In this document: positions 9,589 to 20,214 of the stretch, one piece after another
How the letters are laid out: every line of letters begins with the position of its first letter
How positions within the stretch are numbered: the first letter of the stretch is position 1
Assembly (NCBI GenBank): GCA_965219455.1
Contig: OZ244744.1
Span: 5,216,001-5,280,000, forward strand
DNA: 64,000 bases
Direction: 5' to 3'
Source: Candidatus Latescibacterota bacterium
Lineage (GTDB): Bacteria > Latescibacterota > UBA2968 > GCA-2709665
The notes under the pieces: generated by a model
Databases searched by the model: none
What the model saw: only the letters and a program-made list of their open reading frames with translations
What the model was told of the DNA's origin: nothing
Program-made: the position numbers and the translations under genes

Positions 9589-10611
9589 TTACGCTCCAGG
9601 CACACCTGGTACGTCTGCGATGGTCTGTTCCTCCCACGAGCGGATGGCTGCTTCGATAACTTCCTGTACGGCGAGCCCTTCTTCTCCGGATCCGTCGATT
9701 TCCGATTGGGGCACGCCATCGTCCAGTTGTTCGATCCATCGGTTGATGCGCCTTGGGAAGGTGTCTTCAAAGACCAGACCGCCCATAATGGAGTTGCGCA
9801 CCACGGTGAGTTCCTCGGAACGTCTGGGATAGAGTGTCAGGTCCTCGAAGCAGTTGTCAAGGACGAAACGACCGTCGCTCCCCAGCACCTCGCAGCGTTC
9901 CAGGTTGTGCGCGGGGTTGGTGTCGTAACTGCCGGTGAGGTGACCGACGACGTCGTTCTCGAACTGCATGTTGATCTGGGCGTTGGACCAGCATACCGTG
10001 GCATTGTCTCCGCTGCGTCCGGGCGCCTTGTTCAGAAAAGCCTGCACACGTTTCACATTGCCACAGAAGTACCGCATGATGTCGATCGAATGTGGGTGCA
10101 GGGCCCGAAGGTGGAACCACGGGGACGTTTCGTTCGGGTTACCGATCCACATCGTCATGTTGATTAGCAAAAGATGGCCGAGGCGGCCTTCCTCAATCCA
10201 GCCCCTGGCTTTCGCCGCGGGCGGAACGAATCTGTGGTTGAGGTTGATCCCGAACCGGACGCCACACTCCCGGGCTTTTGTGACCATCTGTCGGGCATGA
10301 TCGATGCTGTTGCTGATGGGTTTTTCGCACAGGACGTCCAGGCCGGCTTCCATGCATTGTATGGTGGGTTCGTAGTGGTCACCGCCGTTTTCGAACCCCC
10401 CGGTCGCCACGCTCACGGCATCCAGTTCTTCACAATGCAGCATATTCTGAAGGTTGTCGTAGGGTCTCACGCCAAAACGCCGGGCCGCGCTGTCCGCACG
10501 TTCCTTGACCAGGTCGCAGACGGCCGCAAGGTCCGATCTGCTGTGATTCGCGTAGACCTCGGCATGTTGGCCGCCGATACCGCGCATGCCGATGACACCG
10601 ACTCTGATCAT
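9589..10611 (-). CDS. Gfo/Idh/MocA family oxidoreductase
   Basis: RVGVIG..GIG..H, VLCEKPIS, N.RF.P, H.ID.MRYF.G. Confidence 0.9.
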   Translation of the reverse strand: MIRVGVIGMRGIGGQHAEVYANHSRSDLAAVCDLVKERADSAARRFGVRPYDNLQNMLHCEELDAVSVATGGFENGGDHYEPTIQCMEAGLDVLCEKPISNSIDHARQMVTKARECGVRFGINLNHRFVPPAAKARGWIEEGRLGHLLLINMTMWIGNPNETSPWFHLRALHPHSIDIMRYFCGNVKRVQAFLNKAPGRSGDNATVCWSNAQINMQFENDVVGHLTGSYDTNPAHNLERCEVLGSDGRFVLDNCFEDLTLYPRRSEELTVVRNSIMGGLVFEDTFPRRINRWIEQLDDGVPQSEIDGSGEEGLAVQEVIEAAIRSWEEQTIADVPGVPGA

Positions 10612-10694
10612 ACCGGTTCTCCTCAAGCTATGCGATGGAACGTCTCCCGCAACCGGAAGGGGTCAATGGGGCATTGCCCTTGGACCTCTTCACA

Positions 10695-11489
10695 TCATTC
10701 GAAAAGCGGTTTGAAGTATTGGTATGACCGCTGAAGGACGGAGTCAATCTCCGGCACGCCCATGTCTCTCGTTCCCACGATCTCCAGAACCGCGTACTCG
10801 AGCCCGTGAATCGCCGTAAATGCGCTTGCCTGTGCGTGGAGATCCATATCTCCGTTACCGGCCACCTGATTTTCAACCGGTCCGATCGCGGTCTGCCTGC
10901 CCTTCACGTCCCTGATTCTGAGCGAAAAGACATAGTCACTGATTCTGGCAACGGTTTTTTCCGGCACCTCTTGCTGCGGGCTGCGCCAGATATGGGTGGC
11001 GTCGTAGTTGATTCCCACCCAGCGTCGATCGACCTGCTGCATGAATCTATACGCCGTGTCGGTGTTGTAGACGGCGTTGCCGACGTGAGGTTTGATGCTA
11101 AGCTTCACACCGCGGAGGGCGGCCTGGTCTGCAAGCGCGTTGATTTTTTCGACGGTCACGTTGAAGATCGTTTCGTCGTCGGGTTTCCCGCCAGGGCCCG
11201 TCGTGACCACGGGCGCGCCGACGGCGGCCGCGGCGTCCAGGACTTGCAGGAACCGGACTTCGTCGTCCATAGTGCCGCTTGCCCCGAGAGATTCGATTTC
11301 CAGCTGGTGATTCGTGGCGCGGCGTCTTATATTCCGGTAATAGGCGTCGCTTTCGCCGATGGCCAGGTGGGGCGCCATGCCCGGAATACAACAGAGTTCG
11401 ATCGCCCGGTAGCCGCCCGCCCGGATTCGTTCCATGGCGACTTCCAGGTCGTGCCCGCCATACAGGATCGTGCTGCATCCGAGTTCCAT
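10695..11489 (-). CDS. Sugar phosphate isomerase/epimerase (xylose-isomerase-like TIM barrel)
   Basis: GY.AIEL, L.IKPH, GINYDATH, G.GD.D. AGGAG RBS before ATG 11489. Confidence 0.8.
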   Translation of the reverse strand: MELGCSTILYGGHDLEVAMERIRAGGYRAIELCCIPGMAPHLAIGESDAYYRNIRRRATNHQLEIESLGASGTMDDEVRFLQVLDAAAAVGAPVVTTGPGGKPDDETIFNVTVEKINALADQAALRGVKLSIKPHVGNAVYNTDTAYRFMQQVDRRWVGINYDATHIWRSPQQEVPEKTVARISDYVFSLRIRDVKGRQTAIGPVENQVAGNGDMDLHAQASAFTAIHGLEYAVLEIVGTRDMGVPEIDSVLQRSYQYFKPLFE

Positions 11490-11615
11490 GAGTATCTCCT
11501 TTTTTTCACCGGGATGTGTCTTGTCGTGGTATCGACGGCCAATAAGTAAGCGGTCGAATTGGGCTTTGTCAAGCCGAAAACCGCCGTAACACTCGCCCGC
11601 AGAAAAATTCCTGAC

Positions 11616-11644
11616 TTGATCCTGAGCACAATAGCGATTATATT
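11616..11644 (+). promoter_or_regulatory. Putative sigma70 promoter for the STAS gene
   Basis: TTGATC-N17-TATATT. Confidence 0.45.
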
Positions 11645-11744
11645 GGGATGACAGCAACTCTTCGCAAATCATTCAGTTTGAAACGCGTTATTACGGACGA
11701 TGCCGCGGTTTGTTGCAACCCGAAACCTCTGAGGGGGAAGAAAC

Positions 11745-12098
11745 ATGAAAATCAGCGAGGAAATCCGGGAGGATGTTGCCGTGCTGACGGTAACGGGTGC
11801 CCTGATGTCCGGTCCTGAAGTGGCCGAGTTCCACGACCACATCAAACGGCTGGCCAAAGATGGCATTAACAGGGTGGTGGTTGATTTTTCGAAGGTCAAG
11901 TGGTTTGGCAGTTCGATGCTTGGCGTAATGACCGCCAGTCTGACCACGGTTCGGCACGCGGGGGGAGATATGCGGCTGACGGGCATCACCCGGAAAATCG
12001 AGAGCATACTGATGGTTACACAACTAGCCGGCATCTTCCGTACCCTGGACACGGTAGACCGGGCGGTGGCCAGTTTCAAGACACAGCCACCTGAATAG
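11745..12098 (+). CDS. STAS-domain anti-sigma factor antagonist (RsbV/SpoIIAA-like)
   Basis: VVVDFSKVKWFGSSMLG (variant of the DSSGLG phosphoacceptor loop), GG.MRL, IL.VT.L. Confidence 0.88.
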   Translation: MKISEEIREDVAVLTVTGALMSGPEVAEFHDHIKRLAKDGINRVVVDFSKVKWFGSSMLGVMTASLTTVRHAGGDMRLTGITRKIESILMVTQLAGIFRTLDTVDRAVASFKTQPPE

Positions 12099-12126
12099 AG
12101 CCGTCCGCCATCAGGAAGAGCGTATG

Positions 12127-12162
12127 AAAGCGTCTTTGTCCATCCGGGATAAAGGCGCTTTT
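12127..12162 (+). terminator. Intrinsic terminator after the STAS gene
   Basis: aaagcgtctttgtcc / ggataaaggcgctttt stem with G-U pairs, ending in a T run. Confidence 0.7.
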
Positions 12163-12520
12163 GGTCGTTTGGAGCGGCGGAACGGGTCGGCTCATCGGGA
12201 TTTCATCGGGAAACTGTCGTCGGCAGGCATTCCAGGTTGGCCGATTCGCAAAACACACCCTAACGGTTTTTCTCTTGTTACCTGAACATTTGAGTAGTAT
12301 ATTGTGAATCCGTTATCAGATGTGGGTACGGTTCAGGACTGTTATCGTGTACTGCTCTATTTCCCGCTGAACCGGTCTCCAAAATGGCTTATCGAGATCG
12401 GTTACAGGGGATCTGTGCAGGAATTCATCCGGGACGCCAATCCTTGATTCGGACCGCAGGTCCGCCAATATAGGAGATGTGGTTTTTCCCTTAAGTTTTA
12501 CCGGGGAGAGCAATGGATTC

Positions 12521-15500
12521 ATGGAAACGCGTGATATTGTAATCAAGGGCGCGCGGGTTCATAACCTGAAGGATGTGAACCTGACCTTGCCGCGAAATCA
12601 ACTGATATGCTTCACGGGCGTTTCGGGCTCCGGCAAGTCCTCGATGGCTTTCGACACGATTTTTGCGGAGGGCCAGCGTCGCTATATCGAGTCCCTTTCC
12701 GCGTATGCCCGCCAGTTTCTGGGTCAGATACGAAAGCCCGATGTAGATCAGATTACAGGCCTTTCGCCGACTGTGTCCATCGAGCAGAAGGCCGCCGTGC
12801 GGAATCCCAGGTCGACGGTGGGCACGATGACGGAAATTCACGACTACCTTCGCGTGTTGTACGCGAGGGTTGGCGTGCCGCATTGTGTGTCGTGTGGAAC
12901 GCCGATCGGTGCCCAGACGCGCGATGGAATTGTGGAACGGATTATGGCGTTGGGCGCCGGAAAACGGATCTTTGTGATGGCGCCGCTTGTCCGCGGGAGA
13001 AAAGGGGAGTACCTGGATCTATTCGACGATTTGCAACGGGAGGGATATCTCCGTGTCCGTGTCGACGGTCGGATGGTACAGCTGACCGAGTCGCAGCGGC
13101 TCGAACGACACATCCGGCACGACATCGACCTCGTCGTGGACCGACTTGTCGTGCGGGCGGATGGACATGGGCGTATTGGCGAAGCGGTCGATGCGGCGCT
13201 GGGATTCGGCAAAGGTACGCTTATCGTCGGGTTCGAGGAAGGGGAGGACCTGCTGCTAAGTTCCAACTTTTCCTGCACCCTGTGCGGTTTGAGCGCAACG
13301 GAACCCACGCCTCAGGTGTTTTCGTTCAACAATCCGCAGGGGATGTGCCCCACGTGTAAAGGTCTCGGTTCTCAGATCGCCCTGGATCCGAAACGGTCGG
13401 TACCAGACGATTCCCTTTCGGTAATGGATGGGGCGGTTGCGCCGCTCGGCGAACCCCGGAACCGGTGGAAAATACACTATTACAACGGTGTATTGAAGCG
13501 CCACGGCGCGGACGTGTCCACACCGTGGCGGGAGATTAGCCAAACGGCACGGGAGGAATTGCTGTTCGGGGTGAAGCGCCGAATTGAGCTGGAATGGAAA
13601 AGGCGGGACGGCAGCGTTTACAGACATAACGATACGTTTGAGGGTATTTTCCCGCCGTTGGAACTCAGGTACGCGGAGGCGAGTTCACCGGCCTTGAGGC
13701 GAAGGCTGGGACCTTATATGCGCACGGGGAGATGCCCGGATTGTCGGGGCGCGCGGTTGAGAGCCGAGGCCGTGGCGGTGACAATCGAGGGTATGTCGCT
13801 GCCGGCGGCCACGGCAATGTCGGTGGCGGATGCCCATGCGTTTTTTAGCGGGTTGAACTTGACGGCGACCCGCCGGATAATCGCGGAGGATGCACTCAAG
13901 GAAATTCTGGGTCGGCTCAGGTTCCTGCTTGACGTAGGGCTGGATTACCTGACCCTGGATCGGACGGCGCCGACGCTGTCCGGCGGTGAGGCACAACGCA
14001 TCCGGCTGGCCGGGCAGATCGGTAGTGGTCTGGTAGGGGTAACTTACGTGCTGGACGAACCCTCGATCGGACTGCACCAGCGCGACAACAATAGGCTGCT
14101 GGACGCGCTGTGTCTGTTGCAGAAGGCAGGAAATACGATCATTGTGGTGGAACACGATGAGGAGACGATTAAGAGGGCGGACTGGATAGTGGATTTCGGG
14201 CCGGGTCCCGGTCACCTGGGAGGGGAGGTGGTCGCTTGCGGGTCCTGGCGAAAGATCGCCCGGTCCGAGACGTCCCGAACGGGAGCCTTTCTCTCTGGGA
14301 GACAATCGATTGCCGTGCCCGACCGCAGGGTACCCGCGGGACGGCGACTCGGCGTATACGGCGCGCGGCAGAATAACCTCAAGGGAATCGACGTCGAACT
14401 TCCCCTGGGCGTGTTCAATTGTGTAACCGGGGTATCCGGTTCGGGGAAAAGTTCGCTCATAAACGACATTGTCTACCTTACGCTGGCGCGAGAACTGAAT
14501 CGAGCTGAATCCGAACCCGGAGATTTCGACCGCATCGAAGGTATCGATGCGCTGGACAAAGTGATCGAAATCGACCAGCAACCGATCGGGCGCACGCCAA
14601 GGAGCAATCCGGCCACATACACAGCGGTGTTCGGTCCGATCCGGGCGTTGTTCGCGGATCTGCCGGAGTCTCGGGTGAGAGGGTACAAGCCGGGGCGGTT
14701 CAGTTTCAATGTGAAAGGCGGGCGGTGTGATGCCTGCGACGGCAATGGCGCAAATGTCGTCGAAATGGATTTTCTGGCCGACGTATGGGTGACGTGCGCC
14801 ATCTGCGAAGGCCGGCGGTTCAATCGGGAGACGCTGGATGTTCGTTACAAGGGGGCGTCCATCGCGGATGTGCTGGATATGGAGGTGCAGCGGGCGTGTG
14901 CCTTTTTTGAAGCGGTGCCCCAGATCCATCGGATACTGAAGGTGCTGGGGGAAGTGGGGATGGGCTACGTGAAACTCGGGCAGCCGGCGCCAACGCTGTC
15001 CGGTGGCGAAGCTCAACGTGTAAAGCTGGCTAAAGAATTGTGTCGCAAGCAGACAGGGGCTACACTTTATATTTTGGATGAGCCCACGACAGGGTTGCAT
15101 TTTTCAGATATCCAGAATCTGTTGACGGTGCTTCACCGGCTGGTGGACCTGGGCAATACGGTGGTCGTGATCGAACATAACATGGATGTCATCAAGACGG
15201 CGGACTGGGTGATCGACCTTGGGCCTGGCGGCGGAGAATCGGGTGGTCGCGTGGTGGCGGAGGGTACGCCGGAGTGTGTGGCGCGTTCCAGGCGTTCGTT
15301 TACGGCTCGGACTCTGCGCTCCGCGTTGAAGCACGGACAAGACGCGGTGGGGACCGACGGGAGGCGAAGCCGTCGAGGTGGAGACAGGGGGCTGATTCGG
15401 GAAATTCAGGTTACCGGCGCCAGGGAGAACAACCTTCGGAACGTGGATGTGCGGATTCCGCGCGAGAAGCTGACCGTCGTATCGGGTGTTTCGGGATCGG

Positions 15501-18220
15501 GCAAGTCGTCGCTGGCGCTGGACACGGTATTCGCCGAGGGCCAGAGGCGATATATGGAATCGCTCTCTGCATACGCGCGACAGTTTTTGGGTCAGCTGCC
15601 CAAACCAAAGGTCGACCGCGTGATCGGGCTGTCGCCGGCGATTGCCATTGAACAGAAAGCGGCCAGCAAGAATCCACGCTCCACGGTGGGCACGGTAACG
15701 GAAGTCTATGACTACCTGAGGGCGCTGTTTGCGCTGGTGGGAGACGTCTATTGTCCGGACTGCGACGTGCAGGCGGGGGCGCTGGCGATTCAGGAAATCG
15801 TCGACCGAATCCTGAGAATGCCGTCGGGGAGACGGGTATATTTGCTGAGCCCGCAGCGGCCGGGAAAAGGGGAGGATTACAATGCGTTGATCGCCAGGGC
15901 CGCGCGGAACGGATATCTGAGGGGGCGCCTGGATGGCGAGGTGTTCGACCTGAAGACCCCGCCCGAGATCGACTATCGACAGTCGCACAGGCTGGAGATT
16001 CTGGTGGATCGCGTCACGGTCAAACCTGGCGTGCGGAAGCGCATTGCGGATTCGATCGAGAAGACACTGATGTTGTCCGGCGGGATTGCCATCGTGGCGT
16101 CGCCGGACGATGACAAGGAAACCAGATTCAGCCAGGTCCTGTCCTGCCCGAAGTGTGGGAGGAGTTTCGACGAGGTCACCCCGCAGCACCTTTCGTTCAA
16201 CAGCCATGAAGGCTGGTGTCCCTCGTGCGAGGGCCTGGGAACCCAGAAGGGGATGGGAAAGAACACGCTGATACCCGATCCTCGAAAATCCTTGTCCGAA
16301 GGGGCCGTGCCGGTCCTCGGGGCACTTAAAGACGGTCCATTGGCCGCGTTGATTCGTGCTGTAGGCGCCGCGGGGGAATTCGATCTCGAAATGCCTATCC
16401 TGAAGATGTCCCAGACGGCACAGGAAGTGCTGCTCTACGGCACCGGTGAACGATGGATTGAGGACGCGAATGGCCTGCGAATCAGATACAAGGGGTTATT
16501 TAATTCGCTTGAAGAACTTGTGAGACTTTCGCCCCGGTATCGGGAAAAGATGGGCGACTTGGTAGAAGACGTGGCTTGCCTTGTGTGTAGAGGCGCGCGC
16601 CTTAAACCGGATAGCGCTGCGGTCCGTTTGCGCGGGATGATGCTTTGCGAATTGGTTGACCTGCCCATCGGTATGTCAAGGCGTTGGTTTGAAGATCTGG
16701 TACTGACCGAGCGTGAACTGGACGCCGTCGGAGAGGTTCTTCAGGAAATACACGCCCGAATGCGTTTTTTGCACGAAGTCGGGTTGGGCTACCTGTCACT
16801 GTCGCGCAGGGCACCCACGTTGTCCGGCGGCGAGGCGCAGCGTATCCGTCTGGCCAGCCAGATCGGATCCGGTCTGACCGGTGTACTCTACGTGCTGGAC
16901 GAGCCTACCATCGGACTTCACCAGCGGGACAATCGACGGTTGCTTGCTGCGCTGGGTCAGTTGCGGGATCTTGGAAATACCCTCCTGGTGGTCGAGCACG
17001 ATCGCGAAACGCTGGAAACCGCGGATCACATTGTGGATTTCGGCCCGGGCGCAGGGTCCCTCGGAGGAACTCTGGTGGCGGAGGGGCCTCCGAATCGTCT
17101 GAGTACGGAGAACGGATCTCTAACGGCGAAGTATCTGGCCGGCAGGCTGGGCGTCGAATCACCGCCGCGGAGGTTGGCCGTGAGAGGGTGCATCGAGGTG
17201 GTGGGCGCCCGTCACAACAATCTGAAGGGTCTGAACGTGAAATTTCCGCTGGGGATGTTGATCGGCGTCACGGGCGTGTCCGGATCGGGGAAGTCTTCGC
17301 TTGTGAACGACGTCCTTTACGGGGCGTTGGCTGCGAGAGTGAACGCCGCTAGAGGGGCTGCGGCCGACCACGACGAGGTCCGCGGAATGGATGGCATCGA
17401 CAAGGTGATCAATATCGACCAGTCCCCGATCGGGTTTTCACCCCGCAGCAATCCAGCTACCTATGTGAAGGTGTTCGACAAGGTTCGCAGGCTCTATGCA
17501 CAATTGCCCGATGCGCGGATACGTGGGTTTTCACCGGGACACTTCAGCTTCAATCACCGGAAGGGCCGCTGCGAGGCCTGCAGGGGTCTGGGTTCACGGT
17601 GTATCGAGATGCATTTTCTGCCCGATGTCTGGGTAACTTGCGAGGATTGTATCGGGAAGCGGTACAACCGGGATGTGGTGAATGTCCTGTACAAGGGCCG
17701 ATCGGTTGCCGATGTGCTGGATATGACGGTAGACGAAGCACTGCGGCAGTTTGGAAACGTGCCGGGAATCCATCGATCGCTCAAGATGCTGGTTGAAGTG
17801 GGATTGGGTTATATCAAGATGGGGCAGGCGTCCACCACGTTGTCGGGCGGGGAGGCACAACGGATAAAACTCGCCCGGGAACTCGCCCGGCCCAATACGG
17901 GCAAGACCGTGTATCTGCTGGACGAGCCCACCACCGGACTGCATATTGCCGACGTGGCCAAGCTGCTCGATGTGTTGAATCGACTCGTAGACGCAGGCAA
18001 CACGGTCATTGTAATCGAGCACAACCTGGATGTCATCAAGACGGCGGACTGGATCATCGACCTTGGGCCGGAAGGTGGTGAAGCGGGCGGGTTCCTGGTT
18101 GCGGCCGGCACACCTGAGGAAGTGGCTCAGGTCGATGCGTCGTACACGGGTCGGTTTCTGCGAAAGTTGCTTGTCCTCGGGAATCCGCGTTTGCCACACT
18201 CGCCGCAGGTACCCGCCTGA
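12521..18220 (+). CDS. uvrA: Double-length excinuclease ABC subunit A (two fused UvrA units, about 1899 aa)
   Basis: Four GVSGSGKSS Walker A motifs, four LSGGEAQR signatures, duplicated AEGQRRY.ESLS and zinc-finger CxxC sets. The second unit starts near 15395. Confidence 0.95.
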   Translation: METRDIVIKGARVHNLKDVNLTLPRNQLICFTGVSGSGKSSMAFDTIFAEGQRRYIESLSAYARQFLGQIRKPDVDQITGLSPTVSIEQKAAVRNPRSTVGTMTEIHDYLRVLYARVGVPHCVSCGTPIGAQTRDGIVERIMALGAGKRIFVMAPLVRGRKGEYLDLFDDLQREGYLRVRVDGRMVQLTESQRLERHIRHDIDLVVDRLVVRADGHGRIGEAVDAALGFGKGTLIVGFEEGEDLLLSSNFSCTLCGLSATEPTPQVFSFNNPQGMCPTCKGLGSQIALDPKRSVPDDSLSVMDGAVAPLGEPRNRWKIHYYNGVLKRHGADVSTPWREISQTAREELLFGVKRRIELEWKRRDGSVYRHNDTFEGIFPPLELRYAEASSPALRRRLGPYMRTGRCPDCRGARLRAEAVAVTIEGMSLPAATAMSVADAHAFFSGLNLTATRRIIAEDALKEILGRLRFLLDVGLDYLTLDRTAPTLSGGEAQRIRLAGQIGSGLVGVTYVLDEPSIGLHQRDNNRLLDALCLLQKAGNTIIVVEHDEETIKRADWIVDFGPGPGHLGGEVVACGSWRKIARSETSRTGAFLSGRQSIAVPDRRVPAGRRLGVYGARQNNLKGIDVELPLGVFNCVTGVSGSGKSSLINDIVYLTLARELNRAESEPGDFDRIEGIDALDKVIEIDQQPIGRTPRSNPATYTAVFGPIRALFADLPESRVRGYKPGRFSFNVKGGRCDACDGNGANVVEMDFLADVWVTCAICEGRRFNRETLDVRYKGASIADVLDMEVQRACAFFEAVPQIHRILKVLGEVGMGYVKLGQPAPTLSGGEAQRVKLAKELCRKQTGATLYILDEPTTGLHFSDIQNLLTVLHRLVDLGNTVVVIEHNMDVIKTADWVIDLGPGGGESGGRVVAEGTPECVARSRRSFTARTLRSALKHGQDAVGTDGRRSRRGGDRGLIREIQVTGARENNLRNVDVRIPREKLTVVSGVSGSGKSSLALDTVFAEGQRRYMESLSAYARQFLGQLPKPKVDRVIGLSPAIAIEQKAASKNPRSTVGTVTEVYDYLRALFALVGDVYCPDCDVQAGALAIQEIVDRILRMPSGRRVYLLSPQRPGKGEDYNALIARAARNGYLRGRLDGEVFDLKTPPEIDYRQSHRLEILVDRVTVKPGVRKRIADSIEKTLMLSGGIAIVASPDDDKETRFSQVLSCPKCGRSFDEVTPQHLSFNSHEGWCPSCEGLGTQKGMGKNTLIPDPRKSLSEGAVPVLGALKDGPLAALIRAVGAAGEFDLEMPILKMSQTAQEVLLYGTGERWIEDANGLRIRYKGLFNSLEELVRLSPRYREKMGDLVEDVACLVCRGARLKPDSAAVRLRGMMLCELVDLPIGMSRRWFEDLVLTERELDAVGEVLQEIHARMRFLHEVGLGYLSLSRRAPTLSGGEAQRIRLASQIGSGLTGVLYVLDEPTIGLHQRDNRRLLAALGQLRDLGNTLLVVEHDRETLETADHIVDFGPGAGSLGGTLVAEGPPNRLSTENGSLTAKYLAGRLGVESPPRRLAVRGCIEVVGARHNNLKGLNVKFPLGMLIGVTGVSGSGKSSLVNDVLYGALAARVNAARGAAADHDEVRGMDGIDKVINIDQSPIGFSPRSNPATYVKVFDKVRRLYAQLPDARIRGFSPGHFSFNHRKGRCEACRGLGSRCIEMHFLPDVWVTCEDCIGKRYNRDVVNVLYKGRSVADVLDMTVDEALRQFGNVPGIHRSLKMLVEVGLGYIKMGQASTTLSGGEAQRIKLARELARPNTGKTVYLLDEPTTGLHIADVAKLLDVLNRLVDAGNTVIVIEHNLDVIKTADWIIDLGPEGGEAGGFLVAAGTPEEVAQVDASYTGRFLRKLLVLGNPRLPHSPQVPA

Positions 18221-18318
18221 TGCGCCTTGTCGCTCGCGTTCAAAGCGCAGGTACATCCAAACCGGGTGTAAACCGGTGCTTGCAACGGTGTTTCACGATC
18301 ACAATAAAGGGGAAAACG

Positions 18319-19380
18319 ATGGTAGTTGCGACCCGAAATTCGTCGCAGAAGTCCAGGGCCGCAGCCGATTTTGTCGGCGACGGACGCGGCGATCAGGAGG
18401 AAATCTACGCAGCGATCCGAGCGCTTCCGCCATCGGGCGGCACTGTGGTCCTGATGGAGGGCGTCTACGATATCCGCAGGATGGAGGGGACGCTTGGTGG
18501 GCTGATTATCGACCGAAGCAACGTGACGCTGGCGGGGCAGGGCGCGGCAACGCGGCTGATTCTGGCGCCCGGACAGAATACGAACGTGATTCGCATTATT
18601 GGGAACGGCGTGGGAAATATCATAATTCGAGATCTCTGGGTGGACCAGAATCGGGACCAGAATCCGTACAACGGTGCCGAGTTCCATAATATCTCCCACG
18701 GGCGGTTCGAGTACAACGGCATCAAGGCATTTTGCGCGGAACCTGGTGGGTCCTGCCCGAATCCCACACACAATATTACCATAGAGAATTGCACGGTGCT
18801 GAATGCCCAGCGACTGGGCATTATGCTGCAGGGGCCCAACATGAGGGTTATTAACAACCGCCTGGGCAATGCGAATTCAGACGCGGTAGAACTTCTGGGC
18901 GGACCGGGCTTCGTCACGGGCAATTTTGTGGAGATTACAGGTCGAACACACGTCGCCGTGGGATCCGATGCCGGAGACTCGATTATTATGGCGAATAACC
19001 AGGTATTTGTACGGGAGGGGGGAGATCTGGACATTGCCTTCCGGTCATGGGCCGAATCCGAGCGCCATGTAATTTCGGGAAATATACTGATGGTCGATGA
19101 GGGAGGGAGTCTGGGCCTGGCGATGGATGTGCGCGGCTTCAATACGTCCATTTCGGGAAACGTAATCCGGGGGCCGAACCAAACGGAGCGATTGCCTCTC
19201 TGGCTCACCGGCGCGGGCATGGCGATTACCGGAAATCACTTCCGGAATGTCGACCTGATCGTCAACGACCAGACCGGCACGAACCGGCCGATTCGCGTTC
19301 AAGGAAACGCAATGGAGAACTCGGCGGTCGTGCGCAAAGCCGGCAACCTGGTTCAGCCGACCGGAGATATGGATCGATGA
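18319..19380 (+). CDS. Right-handed parallel beta-helix (pectin-lyase-like) protein
   Basis: AAI.ALP..GGTV.L.EG.Y, NVTL.G.G, repeated ISGN/ITGN/INN stacks. No signal peptide. ATG after AAAGGGG. Confidence 0.75.
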   Translation: MVVATRNSSQKSRAAADFVGDGRGDQEEIYAAIRALPPSGGTVVLMEGVYDIRRMEGTLGGLIIDRSNVTLAGQGAATRLILAPGQNTNVIRIIGNGVGNIIIRDLWVDQNRDQNPYNGAEFHNISHGRFEYNGIKAFCAEPGGSCPNPTHNITIENCTVLNAQRLGIMLQGPNMRVINNRLGNANSDAVELLGGPGFVTGNFVEITGRTHVAVGSDAGDSIIMANNQVFVREGGDLDIAFRSWAESERHVISGNILMVDEGGSLGLAMDVRGFNTSISGNVIRGPNQTERLPLWLTGAGMAITGNHFRNVDLIVNDQTGTNRPIRVQGNAMENSAVVRKAGNLVQPTGDMDR

Positions 19381-20021
19381 ATCTGGAGATCCCAAAACGC
19401 GTTTTCTTCAGCTTCGCCTGGAAGTGCCCATACCGTAAAGAACCGCCGACCCTGGATGGAGACCTGCATGATTGGGACCGGTCGTTCCGGTTACCGGACC
19501 TTATGGCTCTGGACGGACGAGAGGGGTTTGCCGATGTATACGCTGCCTGGAACGAGCGCGGTCTTTATTTCGCCGCAAATGTAAAAAAGGCGGCTGGCGT
19601 GAAAGTGGACGGCCGGCGTCCGTTACAGGGTGATGGCTTACAGGTCTGGGTGGATACACGGGATGTTCGGAACGCACACCGGGCGAGCCGGTACTGCCAC
19701 CACTTCTATTTCTTACCCGGCGCAGGAAGCTGCAAACCAGGCGGGGGACAGGTACGAATCCGGAGGGCTCGCGGGCACTCGAAGCTGTGCGAACCTTCGG
19801 GGCTGCGGGTTGCCAGCGACGAATCCGGAGCCGGATATCGGATGGAGGTTCATTTGCCCGCGGAATCGTTGACCGGGTTCGATCCGGAAGAAAACCGTCT
19901 GTTGGGATTTACCTATCTCCTGCAGGATCAGAAACAGGGACGACAGTTCTGGACTGCGGATGAGCCACTCCCGGTTTCGTACGATCCGAGCCTGTGGGGC
20001 ACAATCGAACTTGTGAAATGA
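19377..20021 (+). CDS. CBM9/DOMON-like domain protein
   Basis: PTLDGDL.DW, AWN..GLYF, GDG.QVW.DT, Y.ME..LP, LGF, P..WG...L. Overlaps the upstream gene by ATGA. Confidence 0.7.
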   Translation: MNLEIPKRVFFSFAWKCPYRKEPPTLDGDLHDWDRSFRLPDLMALDGREGFADVYAAWNERGLYFAANVKKAAGVKVDGRRPLQGDGLQVWVDTRDVRNAHRASRYCHHFYFLPGAGSCKPGGGQVRIRRARGHSKLCEPSGLRVASDESGAGYRMEVHLPAESLTGFDPEENRLLGFTYLLQDQKQGRQFWTADEPLPVSYDPSLWGTIELVK

Positions 20022-20065
20022 ACCGGACGGCAGTAAGCCGGACGTTTGGCATCATCTTCGAAGGG

Positions 20066-20095
20066 TCACCATTCGCACGACGAGTGGCGATTTTT
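20066..20095 (+). terminator. Intrinsic terminator
   Basis: tcaccattcg-cacga-cgagtggcga followed by ttttt. Confidence 0.6.
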
Positions 20096-20214
20096 GTACA
20101 GGGCGTTTGAGATTGTTTGAGACACATTGCTTTGGACTTCCATCGTATCGGTTGGCGTGCTGAACGGTGATTATTTGCCGTGTGACGACGGGAGTTCAAG
20201 TAGAATCGAGTATT

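Noticed and set aside
9398-9739. N-terminal extension of the 529-aa phnA ORF
   Set aside because: It overlaps the upstream dehydrogenase and is low-complexity Arg-rich. PhnA similarity starts at MKIELNG (9397).
12260-12520. LexA/SOS box upstream of uvrA
   Set aside because: No convincing CTGT-N8-ACAG, GAAC-N4-GTTC or other clear palindrome was found by eye.
13685-16207. Long antisense ORFs (471 and 367 aa) opposite uvrA, and similar ones opposite mreB, the GarR-like gene and the ABC genes
   Set aside because: These are shadow ORFs expected from GC-rich codon usage, with no recognisable motifs.
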